Below, one piece after another: positions 1 through 15,200 of a stretch of 64,000 bases of DNA. How positions within the stretch are numbered: position 1 is the stretch's first letter; each line of letters starts with the position of its first letter. The DNA is taken from NCBI RefSeq assembly GCF_037042905.1, contig NC_087252.1, forward strand, positions 434,001-498,000, written 5' to 3'. A program made the translations under genes and the position numbers. The notes beneath the pieces were generated by a model, which did not search any database, was not told the origin of the DNA, and worked only from the letters and a program-made list of their open reading frames with translations. The DNA comes from Lytechinus pictus. Lineage: Eukaryota.

Positions 1-38
1 AGAGCAACAATCTAAAAAGAAACTCCAAAGCTTCTCAC

Positions 39-258
39 CTGGATGACAAGAATAGATTCCTGAAGCCCTCTAGTGACGTCCCAGTGTTGAGTCTCATCAG
101 GTAACGTCTTAACGGTCGTCAGTTGATCATTGGTAGCTTCTCTGAGATACTTGGTATTCATACTCTGCCATCTCTCTTGCTTCCATTCCTGCTGCTGCTC
201 CTGTAACGTTCTCACTGTATCCCATACCTCATGAAGATTGTGAAGCTCATGACGACAC
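39..258 (-). CDS. Dynein HC coding exon 25
   Basis: CRHELHNLHEVWD...WKQERWQSMN...ILVIQ; resembles the start of DHC N-terminal region 2. Confidence 0.9.
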
Positions 259-3200
259 CTAAAAAAATAAGACAAGTTTTCTGGTTGGTGAAACAAGTAC
301 TGTATAATCTGCTTAAGTCAACCCTATGTAGTTCAAAAAAGTCGAAGCACTTTCTACCAGTATACAGTATGTAAGCATGTGTATGCCATTATAATACTGA
401 ATGTATACTACTGAATAAAAAGAAAAAAACAAGAGTTAAGAGTTAGCTTTGAATTTCATATAGGACTTGAAAAAGACTTGTTGGTCTTTGTATGAGGGTA
501 TCCTTGAACATTCTAAACTTTAATTGTACTTGGAAATAATAATACAGGTTTAATGTCTGAATGAAATCTTATTGGACCACAGAAATCTCTTGGAATTACT
601 GTAAATGGAATTATAAAATAATCTTATATGGATTGTCTTAACATATCAACTACTTAATTCTGGAATTCATGTAGACTTGTACAGAGATCACCCATTTCTA
701 GTGGTCAATGGGTTAAGAACTTACTCTGGCAAGATGGTGAAGTTGACAACTGCTGTCTCCAAAAGATCTTGAAGTTCAATCAGGTCCTATCATAACAAAA
801 TAAAAGTTAATTTAAGAGAAATGGTACAAAGAAGAAAAACAACCAAACATTGATCATTTTCATTGCCAAGAACAAGATGTGACACAGTGTGATCACATAG
901 GTCTGAATTCACAAAGGTGATTTTGGAACCGTGGTTTCAAAGAATGGTTATGCAGATTTCATCCTCCATTACAATGAATTCAGCATGTATATTGAGAAAG
1001 CATCTAATAGAAAATGGGCACTTTTGCCACAGGGAGCTATAAATTTCAACACTTGTTACTTATAAGTCACTGTATTAATGAGCCTAATATTTATGAACAT
1101 TAATAAAACAAACAGTAAACTCATTAAAGCTCCATCCTTATTAAAAAGCATCAATTTTACTGTGCATTCATTCTCGGACTGTTTCTCAATTATAAGTGCT
1201 GAATTAAGCATAATCAATTGAAAATATCAGTATATAACACCATGGTTTGAAACCACAGATTCAAAGTCACCCTCTTGTTAAAATGGTCCATAGTCACTGC
1301 GTAAAAATAGCTCAAATAATAATAGTTAAATTTATAAAGCGCTTTTTGCCAGAGGATACAAAGCGCTGCTATTATTACTCCGGCTTTAGCTCGAGCTACC
1401 ATCACCGGCGCTCAGTGCATGTAAGGAATTACTCCTGCCGGGTACCCATTCACCTCACCTGGGTCGAGTGCATTGACCAAAACTAAACACTTTGAAAAAA
1501 AAATCATTCCCACTCACAGTAGAATGGGTAATGTAAGATCATGCAATAAAATAGATGCAAACATTGAGCAAAAACAAAAGCAAAGCAATATTATATTTGT
1601 TTGAATAAAATCATTCCATATATCAGTTACTACATGTATTTTCATCTTTAATAATCACTTACATATTGCAACTCATTTGACTGTCAAGCAACAGATTACA
1701 TATTGACTTTTTCTTTGTTTAGTGCAAATTTTGTGAAATTTCAAATGAAAATATTGCTAAGCAAACAAAATTGACAATGTGCAAAATAAATAATATCAAG
1801 CAATAAATAAAGCTGGTAACATATTTGTGAACACTTGTGGCTGACAAGGCATATCCAGTGAAATAATAAACAATGAATCACAAATAATGATATCTCATAC
1901 ATATGCATATCTTGCAAACTCATCTGCCTATATTCTCTAATAAACATTCAGATTTACCTATACTGTTGATAAAATAGTTGCAGCTGTCCATTGTCATTAT
2001 TTTGGGAAAATTACAAAAAAAAATCTGTAATGTTACTAACATAAATCAGAGACACAATAAACTACTATCACTAAACACTAACTTATCATTTTCTCACTAT
2101 TTTCATAGCTATTAATATTACTCATTCTGATTGTCAAAAGGGCAATGCCTTACATGATGTGTGTATATGACCTCGACATAAAAGATCGCTTGAAGTGATT
2201 TATCTCTGGTTGAAGTACATAAGAATGTTATAATGCTGAAATTTATTTAAGGGAAACTAAGCTTGCAGCCTTTGTAGACAGGTTGTCCTTCTATACAGGT
2301 GGATCGTAAAGCAGGTTTGACCGTATATATGCATTTTCTATAATGAGAATCAAGAGAATAGAATACTTCATAAAACTTGTGGTGATATGTTAGGCAGACC
2401 TTACCTGTGCTTCGTTGTCCAGTTCCTCAAGTTTTCTCTGAAACTTGTCGATCTCTGAGAAGGCATCGTCCAGGAAACAATCCCAGGTATATACCTCGGA
2501 ATCAGAGAGGGCGCTGTTCAATGCTTCCACTCGTTCACCAAACTCAGCAAGGTCCTAGAGCGAGGTAATGAGATCAGGAAAATTGGAAAATCAGGATGCA
2601 TTCGTGAAGAGATATAGTTTCATCAGAAAAATATAGTAAGTTTTGAAATAAAACGTTCTTAAGCATTAAAATCTGAATCATAGAAAGGATTTTCAATGTT
2701 TCAACTTGTTCATCAAACTCATAAAGGTCCTAGGAAAAAAATGAGAATGAAAATAAGTACAAACACTAACATCAGTTTGCTTTTCAGTTGCAAAGACACT
2801 TTACTTCACCAAAGAGAGATAGATTAAAATGACTTTGAATAGATGAACTTTCTAAAACACAAAGGAACAAATATTCACTTCTGAATCTGAGAGGTGGAGT
2901 TTAACGCTTCCACCCCATAAACCCCTGAAATGAAAGCTCAGTTTTTATTACAACTGATATAATAATAGCATTACGCTTTTATGAAGCGCTTAATACATCA
3001 GAACGTGTCTAAGCGTTTTACAGATATATTATTAACCCGGTTATCGGATTCAATCACTCATTCCAGCATACAATGTAAGCATATCCTCCACTCCTTTGGG
3101 AAAATTCAAGTCAGTCAAACTACAATGACTTTTACATCCTGCCACCCATTTAGCACCTGGGTCGAGAGTGGCAAAGTGTGGATTAACACTTTGCCAAAGG

Positions 3201-6200
3201 GAGCTAGACCGCGGTGGGATTCAAACACACAACCCTCTGTTTGCAAGGCGAGAGTCAGAAGCACTAAAGCATAGCTCTCCCACCTAATATTGACGGGGGA
3301 TATTTTCCACTCTAATTATAGCCTAAGTGGGGGGAGGGGGAGTCTTTAGCTTACCTTTGTGATACTGGCTGATTCTTCCTGTATCCTTGGTCCAAGTCTC
3401 TGCTTGGCCAGAGAGACCTTGGTCTTGAGATTGTTCCATCGGCCTGGCGCTGCATCGTAGAGGGACTTGGTCCTCTCTGGCAGGGCTTGACCATACTTCT
3501 TGAGGAGTAGCACTGTCCTGTTCATAGCGGTGAACTGACCATCCATCTCTTGCTGTTTGGCAGAAACCTTTCATCACCATCAAACAATGAAACATTAATT
3601 TGTTTTCATATATCCTGAATATTCATACATTTTTACTATACACATTTATATCTAGGTGCATGTTCCTACTTCGACTACCCGCCTCAAAATACTCCTGATG
3701 AGTTTTTCATAAAACTGTTTGTAAGTTAAGAGTGACTTTACGAACAACTGGTGATCCTTTCTTTGGCGCTAAATCAACATCAATGAAAATTCGGTGTACA
3801 TAGTAATTACCATAAGAAAGCTTGATATATATATGTTTGATAACATTGATCATTACATGCAATCAAGCCTACAAATCATCCAATTTATAATCAATTACTG
3901 AGTTTTGTGTTAATATTCGCATGAGGGTGGATTCACAAAGCTTTTCATTTGATCGTAAGGCTGATACTTATTTGATAACATTGATCATTACGTGCAATCA
4001 ATCACACAAATCAACCTTACAATCAATTATTAATCTTTGTGTTACAGGCATCAGACAATCTTTCTCACCTCATTGAATATTCTCATCATCTTCATGAAGG
4101 AAGCTGTATCTCTCTCCTCACCACTAATGCTCTCTATCTCAGGCTCAATACGCTTCAAAAAGAAGTCTAGATCCATAAGAAGAGCTGTTACCTGTAATAA
4201 TAATATGATGAAGATAATAATAATAATCTTATCTCATCTTGCACATTACCCTTTTCTATGTAAAAGCATTTTTGGGGGGTCACTTTTGTTCTTCAGTTTT
4301 TTCATGATTTGCAATTTACTTTGAATTTCAATGGAAATTTAACCATTTGCACAACCTATTGTGATGGCACACATGCATAATTAAATTCAATTGAACACGT
4401 AAAATGGTTCATTTATAATGGCCTCTCATGCAATTTTCTTGCTGAAAATAGAAGTCCTGTAGTAAAATAGAAATTACTGAACTAATCATTAAAATTAGTG
4501 AATTGCATTATTATTTCTCACTAGTTGACACTGATGACGTGGGATGCCTTGTTGTATGAATAGTTACCTGATCAGAAAGATACTTGGTGAAGGTCCACAT
4601 CCACCTACTAGCATAGGTCGTCAGGACCTGCTTGATCGGTTCTAGGTCACAGCGGATCCAGCCGACATCACGTTGGTCTACCACCGCTATGATCTCATCT
4701 CGAGCAGTCTTCAAATAAAACAGAATTCACAAATAAGGGATCCATACTGTGCAGGAGAGTATCACACGTAGTCAGAAGTATGCATCAGAAATTGAGGTTT
4801 GAAACTAAATCCATCACTTGGATCAATAATATGCTTATTGTTTATTTTCTTTGATCTACCATCACACCCTTATCTACTATAGGTTATCGAAAAATTAATT
4901 AAATCCCCGGTGACACAAGATTTTCTCCTGCAACAATTGCTGCTGGTTTTATTTTGTCTAAGATGTAGGGTTAGAGTCAGGGCTGAAATAGGGTTTTATG
5001 TTATATTTAGGATAAGGTTTAGGGGAGGTATATTGTTAATACCACAGATGAAGTTGGTAATTTGATTAGCATGTAGAATTTATAGTAGAGCAATCATTGC
5101 CAGAGCTAACGTCATGGAACTAATTCCCCATCTCAACCTCAAAGTATTCATTCTAAAAAAGCATATGGTGTTTCCAGAGGTCAGTAGTCAACTGGTTAAT
5201 CTCTCACCTTATAGATATCAATCTCACTATCAAAAAGATCTAGAGAGGGTACATCAACCTCTTCATCTTCATCTTTAGGTGTTAAGAAAGCTTTCTCAGC
5301 CGTTCCCATAGCTCCGGTATGACTGATACTGTAGTTAGATGCAGAACTGGCCCTGTATATAAAAAATTATTCAAAGTTCATGAAAATTGAAAAAAGTGCA
5401 GTAGCATATCCAGCATCAACTATGACAAAGCAACATATGGAGGAACGTACAAGCATAATTGGGTCACAATTCCCGCCTGACGAATGGACCAATGAGATGC
5501 TTTGTAGGAGATGATGCTGGATACAAGCATTCGGAGTGTTTTCTATCAACATTTCTGTCTGAGAAGTCGTTGGATCTGACTTCCTTGATTTTGATTGGCT
5601 GAGAAGCACAGGTTCTATGATGACTGTCAGATAGACTAGGATTTGTAGGACACAAAGTCCTTTCATGAAACCCTCCCCCAGTGATACAGGTAGACCTCAT
5701 ATTTGCTCCTTCAACAATTAAAAATCTTTGGCCCTTTATCATGATGTCAGTCCTGCCTACTAATCCTGAGAGATTGGTCAACAACAATGTCCTTAAAGGA
5801 CAAGTCCACCCCAACAAAAATTGGATTTGAATAAAAAGAGAAAAATCAAACAAGCATAACACTGAAAATTTCATAAAAATTGGATGTAAAATAAGAAAGT
5901 TATGACATTTAAAAGTTTCGCTTAATTTCACAAAACAGTTATATGCACATCCCGGTCGGTATGCAAATGATGGAACTGATGACATCACTCACTATTTCTT
6001 TTGTATTTTATTATATGAAATATGAAATATTCTAATTTTCTCCACATTGTCCAGTGAAACAAAGTTTTATTTCTCCCTGAACATGTTGAATTACTATTGC
6101 TTAACATTATATGTTTCAGTCAAGTTGGTCCTTATTGTCAAATCTGCAAAAAGTTGAAATAATGTTTAATTCGAACAATAAAAAACAAAAGAAATAGTGA

Positions 6201-9200
6201 GTGAGGGACATCACTGATTCTCTTGTTGGCATGTGACTAAATTGTGCATATCACTATTTTGTGAAAAATAAGCAAAACTTTAAAATGTCATAACTTTCTT
6301 ATTTTACATCAGATTTTGATGAAATTTTCAGCATTATGCTTGTCTGATTTTTCTCTATTTATTCAAATCAACATTTTTCTGGAATGGACTTGACCTTTAA
6401 CACCCTGTTTTAGTCAACACATTTTTCTTCTATTCTAAGTGATTACAAACATTAAATCCTAGTCAACTAGAGATCTCACTGCTAATTCAAATTATCGATC
6501 CTCCTTGATTTTTATCCAATAAAAAGGGCAGCACTTGGTACTTTCTCCTCCAAAATTTATCATTAACAATAAATTTTGCTTACTAGAGTAAAATTACAAG
6601 AGGAACTGATCAGAGCAGTATCTTCAACAGAACAATACAAATTTATAGATTGGACGATTGTATGGAAAATATTAAATTGTAACTGAATACCATCTTACCT
6701 TCCGCTGTGGGCAGACTTGACTGAACGTTCAGAAGCAGCCGACCTCAGACGTGCAGACGGACTGAGTTTCTCGGGGTTACGGAGCGGATTGGGGGTCAGG
6801 CGACCGTGAAGGAACTCGTCAAAGGTCTCGTTGATGTCATGCATCCATAGGAATGTGTAACTCTTAAACAACTCCAAGAGTTTCTATTAGGAAATAAAAA
6901 CATTTAAAAGCATCAAAAGCGGCTATGTTATCTAACCATAAAACTATCAAATTTATTATTTATTTCCTGATTTTAACACATTGTTTATCATGCAACTGAT
7001 TAAATTTTCTAATTAGTCAACCATTTGTACATTATAAATGAGTATGCAAAAGGGTATCAAATTAATCAATACAAATTTTAAATTGTCAATATTAACATCT
7101 ATAATTAAAGCATAATGTGAAACAATGAAATTTTGAAAAAGCAAAGAAGTTTATTCAACAAATATTCATTGATTCAAATTATACAAATGGGGCAATTCCA
7201 TACAGTACATGTATGTCGAACCCCTTCATGCAGGATGTTCCTGAAATAACTTGACTGTTTTCTATTTAATAATTTTATCATGGCCATAGCAGTTCATCGG
7301 GTGCAGTCAAAGATTAAAAAAAAATGGAGATCAATAACTAGTACAAAAATATTGCCTTTGATTATTACATGGAATTGCCCTTTTTTTATTCTAATAACAA
7401 ATACTTTCAAGTAAGAATGAATGAATAATTCCACAGATTTTCTTACCTTGCATTCTTCACTATTCTCGCTCACTAAACTGATGATCTTCTCACAAAGTTC
7501 AATGACCTCATCATCAACACTGATGTAATCCTTGTATCCACCCTGTAACAAAAAAAAATATTCAAAACCTTATTAACTACATTATAAAAGCCTATGAGAC
7601 AATTACCAATTCGTAGTACTATACAGAGTGCTCTTTGGTCCTATTGAATCAAAATTCATTTTTGTATGTTTTAAGCACAGAATGACCTTGCATCCCCCAA
7701 AAGAAAAAAAAACTTGAATATCATTGAGAGACAACAGTAAAAACATTTATATTCTTTTTTCAAATCTTATTCCCAGCTGATTCATTAATGTGCTATGGCC
7801 AAACGTTTGCATGCTCAACAACATATTTTGTCCTCAACAAAAACAATTCTCATACTCAATTTGAATATTTCTTTTCCTAGTAAGTGTTACCATATATATA
7901 CCTATTTACAAAATACAAATTATTTTTTACAACCCATTATCAATTGGATTACAGGAGAAAAAAAAAAGGAATTTCAATGTTAAGCACATAGATGTTGTTT
8001 CATCATGACTTTATTCAAGTTCAAAGACAATGATATAATATATATACATAAAGAGACCAGGTCCACCGTTTCCATTCCAAACAAATGACAGCTCAATACA
8101 TGGATTACAAAACAAAATAAGTACCAAAATAGAGAAAATTATTTAGAGTAACATAAATGCAGGAAAATAATCTCTTAAAGCTGTCATTGATAATAAATAT
8201 ATATATTTTAAGCACTATATGAATTGAAAGTTTTTCCTCTTTCATCATCATTTAATAGAGATGCACTTTTACAGATAGCCACTCACCTCTGCTAGTGGAC
8301 TAAGCATCTTGACCAGTGCTCCTCGAGACCTGAACTCCTCCAGCCATCGGTTGACATTCTCCAGGACACTGGTCACTGATGTACTCTGGTCAAGGGGAGG
8401 GGTAAAGGTCACTGTGTTCTCTACTAACTCCATACGGATGGTCAAGATAGGGATGTTGGGTTCCTCAGTCTGAAACATAGGGAAAGGATAGGAAATTGTT
8501 ATTTTCATTATCATTATTCATAATCACTATAAGTATAAAGATTGTCACTATTATGAAAAGCATAAATATCATTATAAATATTAATACAAATTATCATTAC
8601 TATTTATACTTATCATTATCACTATTCATTTGACTATAATAAAATGGACAATTCAACAAAAGTTTAGTGTACAAAAACACAAGCTGGATAATCAAATGCA
8701 AATAAGTTTAAAAAATAATTGATAAAAGAGTAAAAATGGTTATAAATTGACCAAGGTTCACAAAAGTTAAGTTCATTACTGTTGCCCAAATGCATACAAG
8801 CCTTCACAGAGAAAAGCATTGATTGAAAAATGCAAAATTATACACGAATATATGAAACATGGTTCACTGAGCTACATTTATTCATAAATGCTTTCATGGA
8901 AATCTAGTATGAAGTGCAAAACTGTAAGAACCTATTTCTACTACTACTCGTGCTAATAATCAGTCATTTAAAGTAATTAATTTACACTTTACAATGGATA
9001 TTACATAGCAAAGCATGTCCTTATTATTAACAAAACAACATATAAGCAATAAAAAATAAACCTAGAAAGTTGGCAGAGAGTGTTAGGCACTGAGTTCATC
9101 AAATTTTGATTTTTTTTTTTAGAGACAGCAGCCTCAAACTTATCTAAATGATGATCAAAATTTACCTCAGACACATTAGCAAGGACCAGTGTATTGAGCA

Positions 9201-12200
9201 TGGATCTAAGACTCTTTAGACAGGTCTGCTTTAGACCATCCAGGACCAGGGCATCAATGTGGTCTACATACTCCTCCCATGCTGGTGAAGCTCGGCTGAT
9301 CTGGACTACCTCAAATGAGTTCTGTAGCATGGCATGGATCCGTAGACCAGATGGTTTGATTAGTCTCTCGATCTCCTCATTTAGGGTTCTAGAAGTGATA
9401 GAGTTTCAAGATAAAATGCATAGTAAAATACAAGTAAATTACTGATCTCTGGAACACAATTGTTAACAATTAATCATAAAGTTATTTGTTGCAGATTATA
9501 ATGTCCAACAGGGCCAATTTTAACAATAGCAATCATCATCATATGAAATTTCCAACTGATTGCACATCTTTGTGTTAGGAACTAGACTTTTGGTTATTTC
9601 AGCGTTTTTTCTGGTTACAACAACTTTTCTTATTGTAATCTCTTTATTTTCACAAAGGGGTTTCTTTTTCTTAGGGGGTGACTACACAAGTCCTGTTCAG
9701 TGCAGGTTACAAGACCTGGGGGTGTTTCACAAAGATTTAAGCATGACTTAGAGTCGCACTTAAATATCGACTTGCGTGCGGTATGAAAAGCTTGAGCGCA
9801 TTGGTAAGATCGTGTCATGAGGACGCGCACTACTGCGTATCTATCAATAAGGTCGCGCGTTGCATATCATGTTCGTGTCAGCATTTAAGTCATATCTAAA
9901 TCTTTGTGAAACACCCCCCAGGAATCGGTGTTGAAAGTCTTCAGAGAAAAGGCACTAACATGCATTACATGCATGATATAGATATTGTCATCACCCATGT
10001 CATCAGTTACAAACAATCTTGTATTTACACGATATATGCACAACTTCCACTCCCTGGCGAGTATTCAAATCAATACAATAAAGCATCACCCTCACCTCTG
10101 CCAATCCAGCAACTTATCCATAGAATAGCTGACCATCGCAGCCCTGCATTCAAAGACGTCCAGAGCCCCGCTTGACCACTTCTGGGTGATCTCAACCATC
10201 TCTTGGCAGTTTGACTGGACGATGGCCAGCGTCCGGTGAAGGTCAGCTCCGACCATAGATGAAGCAAGTTCAATGAAGTCAGCACTCTCTGTTGTCTTCC
10301 AGGTGTAGTGACTTAGGCCTTGCTCCAACAGCTGGAAAGGGTGAAAGTAAAGCAGAGTTTGTTAAGTTCTCTATATACAATCAACTTTGCCAAAGTCAAA
10401 CTTACATGAAGTCAAAGGCCTTTTAAGTCATCTTCTTTTTTTATTCTTTTGTTTTTAACCGTTTATAAGTCAAATATTTCTAGTCAGTCACAATAGATTT
10501 TACTTAGGCAATGTTGACTGCACTTTAGACATTGTTCATGGATTTACCTATCCAAGAGCCATTACCCAAATATCTGTTGTAGAAAGAGTTGCAATCTAAC
10601 ATAACATAACATAATCATTCAAATGCGTGTAATTGGGAATTGTGATATACTTCTTAAATTTCATTAAAACACAATCCTTTCTGCAACAGGCCCTTTGCAA
10701 TACCATATGATTATTCACATCATTTGAATAGCTTGCTACTAATCCAACATTACCTTTTCCACTGATTACATATTCTCCTACAGCTGTTAGCGATTTGTGA
10801 TTTAATATGACGTAACTTGCTATGGCTTTGTCAATGGCATACAGTATTACACGGAAAGAAGATAAGTGGATATGCACAAATGCACCCAAGGGGTGGGAAT
10901 GTATGAGTTTGTGACTTGATTTAACAATGGCTGCATAGTTTTCTTCTAGAAAATTAGCTTAACGGTAATATCAAAATAATTATTGATGTAAATCGAAGTC
11001 TCTAAAAGCCCCCACCCCACTACCCTCAGTGTGACTTACATGGTCAATCTTTCCTAGCTTCCTCTCAAACAATGGTCTCTCAAAGTCCACTATGGATCTC
11101 ATGGCTTGGTTATACTTGGACACTATGGTCTCCAGCCTCGCCGCAGTGGTCCTTAGGGTTGCCCCATCGGTGTGTCTCAGAAGCTCTCTCACACCGTCAG
11201 GAAGCTTGACATTGAACGGAGGCTGGGCAAGGTAGTGAACTTCACGAAGGAGGAGCAGCAGCTCGGGGTCAAGGTTCACATGAAGGACCTGGGGTCGGAG
11301 TTCGGTCTCCTCATCATAGTCTTCAGCAGTCTGCAAGTTAAAGATTAAGTGTGAATTTCCATATCTATTTTTTTCATAAAAACCCACAAACGCATATTTA
11401 CAAAGATACCAATTCACTCTTTGCCACAATATAACAGATTTAGAAGAATTTATGCTCATGTTATCTAGATCCTAGATTTTCTTCGACATGATACAAGAAC
11501 CACAAGACTACGACACTGAACCAGGACCTCAACAAGTACTTTCCTCTCCAAATATTTTATTTTCAAAAAAAAAAATTATAGGCTAATTTATTCTCTGTAT
11601 TCTTAAAGGTATCTTCAAAGGGAATCTGTCAATGAGAGACAACATACAGTGTTGGTCATTTCGCTCCCCCTATAAATAGATTATCTGTCTTAAAGCGTGA
11701 GTTTGGTACAGAAATCTAATTTCAATAGGAAATGGTTGGAAGCAATCCTCAAGTGTTTATCACACTCCAGAGTACTTATTTCGAACAACTAAGTTTGATT
11801 GAAATAATTTACTTCATTACCAAACAGCATGTGGGAACACACTACAGTGTGGTCTGATCTTCATTTGTTCATTACTCTGTAATCATTCATTTCCCTGAAG
11901 AAAAAAAATCACTTGACAGATATCATTTAATTATAAGTTTTAGAATTCTGTGCAAGTTTTGTTCATTTTTGTGAGCATTTCATTTTCCTTTCACACCAGT
12001 ACCAGAGTTTCTCTTTGAATATCCCCTTATTCCGTAATGTTCTTACTTATGATTGATTTTGGGACCTAAAAATGACTTGCGATTGATTACAGGTTTCTTG
12101 CAAAACCCCATTAGTCCCTGATGTTCTTACCAGGAGAGGTTGTTTGAGTCTGTCTCTGAGCTCACTATGAAGCATCTTCTGCCAATCAGTAACACTCTTC

Positions 12201-15200
12201 TCTTCATACTTTGAGAGGTCTGTCATTGTGTCATTGAAGATGTCCCTCAGATGCCATCCAGCATCCCCGTCCAGGGAATGTGGACTCACCCGTTTCAGCT
12301 TCTCCATGGGTTCCTGTGTATAAAGTGGACCATTGCATTATCATATCAGGGATGTGAAAGGAGCTACTGTAGTGAGATGCACCAGACATTACACATGCAT
12401 CGTCATCCTATGAAAGGTTTGTAAGTCTCATACTAGATGAATACATATCTAGACTGTACATTTTTAAAAAGGGGCTCTTCAATAGTATGTTTACTTCACC
12501 CTAACCTTAACCCAAGACAATTTTTCCAACCAATCCAGCCAAAAGGTACGGACAATTCCATAAGAAATCATGAGCAATCATGTATTTCAAATCGAACATG
12601 TTAAAGCTATTTAGGGAGATATCAAAGTTTGATTCAAAGGAAGCCAAAATAAAGGGAAAATCACCCAAAACTTCTATAAGGCTGGAGGCATTAAAAAAAC
12701 ATAAACAGGGGGTCCAGTTGAAATGTGACAAAAGAGCCAGAAAGTACTTTCAATCATAAATTACCAGGCTCCAAGTTTCAGGATATTGCTCCTCAACTAG
12801 CATCACTGTTTAGGATAGACCATATAGAGCCAATCTTTGAGCTTACAATGAAGTTACTCATTCGTTCATCAGGCCTACAATATTAAATAAATAAATTACC
12901 TTAATCCTCCGTTTGAGTGCTCCAACCCATGTCAGCTTACAGACTATGGGAGGCAGGTTAGCATGAAGAGGAGGCTCAGAAGACTTAGCAATGAACATGG
13001 TCCTGACAGCTATCAGCTCATTGGTGAATGATGTGATCAAGGCCTGGTCCTTGTCCTTTAGGTATTCCTGGACCATCTCACGGCCGCTGACACCCTCGAA
13101 GACCTCTAAGAGTCGGAGCTGGGAACCAATGGATGGACATTGACAGAAGCTCTGTCGCAAGACACTGGCTAATCGCCTCTCAAGATCCTGAAAGATAAAA
13201 AGATTCAAGAGTCTTAAAAATGACCGACAAATAATGCAAGAAGCAAAATTAATAAAGAACTCTATGAGCCGTAGCAAGGAACCGATGGACGGACACTGAC
13301 AGCAGCTTTACCAAAGAATGCTGGCTAATCGCCTCTCAAGATCCTATAAGAAAATAGATTTAGGAGCCTTCAAAACTGACTAACGGTTATTTCAAGTTGC
13401 AAAAATAATAAAGACCTTCTTTCTTTATTTATTCTAAATATGATCTTATATTTTTCAAGGCATTGAAATCCATATTATCAATGTTCTGGGAACTGAACTT
13501 GTACTAGGCATCTTGGCTTTATGTACATTTTCAATCAAGGATGAAATAAAATTGAAATTGAATTGAATAAAAATATAAGCTCAATCTCGGACCCTATGGA
13601 CTGCAGCATATATCCGCATCATTTAGGGTTTTACACATAAGATTACTAGTATATGAACCTTCTACAAAATAACCTATTCCTTTTGACAACAAATGAAGGT
13701 CATATGGAGAAAAAGTGTACCTTTACAACAGATCTAAACATGAAGAATGCCTTCTCAAATGCCTGGCTCTCTGTGATATCCAATATATCAGTGACCTCTG
13801 ACCCGAAATGATCCATTGAGGTGGTGAACTCGAGGTGGATCTCTCTGACGAGTGCATCCAAGCTCTTGGTACCTGCTCCGCCCACCTCAGCGGCCTTCTG
13901 GAGGAGATTGAAGTGACGGGTGGTTTGGACCAACTCAAGAAGGTCATTGCATCTAAAATCAAAACAAAATATCAAATTATTTATCACAACATGTTTGGCA
14001 TCTCAAAATCCAAATGCTAAATAGCCATTGTGAAGCTTCCGGCATGCACTTCTTAAAGCCAAGGTTTACAGTCCTGGAGGGACTGAGATAAAAGTGGATA
14101 GAAATTGAGGTGAAATGGAAAAGCAAGAAAGTGGAGATTGGAAAGTAGAGCATTTTTTTTATTGAGTAGAGTCCTTAAAAGTATGACATGAGAGATGGGA
14201 TTGTTTTGCCTCTCCGTGAAGCTATTGATCAGATTGAAGAAAGGAGCATTTCTTGGAGACCAAAAGAAAGATATTGACCAAAACTTGATGTGTATGTATA
14301 AAATAGGGGTGTATACAACAGAAGGGAGTTTTACCTTTCCATGAAGCTGTTAAGCAGATTGAAACAAGGAGCATTCCTAGGAGGCCATGGGGAATCACTC
14401 CATTCATCTTCATGAATGACCACAGCACTGTTAGTACTGGTATCCCTCCATACTTCAGTGGATGACTGTCTGGTGGGAGGACGCTTCTGAGACCCGCTGT
14501 ACAGACGACTGTTGTACAGGACACCCTTGGGTGGATTCAGGTTCCTAGAGTAAGATTGATTGTAATCATTTCTTTATTTCAAAGAAAAGCAGCATACAAA
14601 TGAACAAAGGGAAACAATGAAAGAGTAACTAGCAAAACAAGGTCCTTGAACCTATACTGGTTCAAGGCAGGCTGAAATGTACATAAAAAGTAAATTAAAA
14701 AGACATAAGATATTGATTGCAAACAAAAAGCATGCAATAAAACTGATTAGGTGAATTTGCATTAAGATTTAAAAAATAGCTTTAAATAGAGACTTGCTTA
14801 CATGAGCAAAGGCACAAAAAAATGGCATCAACAATGGAGCATTATGGTAGCAATAATCAGTATACATATTAACGCAATATTTTTCATAAAGGAAGGCAGA
14901 AGAGAGAGAAAAAAAATCATATAGAAGATTAATAGAGTAATATAGAAGATTAATGGAGTATTTTAGTGTGTTTCTGAGAGCCGCTGTACAGACGACTGTT
15001 GTACAGGACACCTTTAGGAGGGTTCAGGTTCCTAGAGTAAGGGTAATATAGAACATTAATAGAGTATTCTAGTGCGTTTCTGAGAACCGCTGTACAGATG
15101 ACTGTTGTATAGGAGGGTTCAGATTCCTAGAGTAAGGGTAATTAATAGAGTGAAGTATAGTATTCTAGTGTGTTTCTGAGAGCTGCTGGTCCAGGTCAGG

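Noticed and set aside
5464..5988. 174-aa ORF with a near-identical partner at 46283-46507
   Set aside because: Similarity comes from copies of the same non-coding MITE; no transposase motifs.
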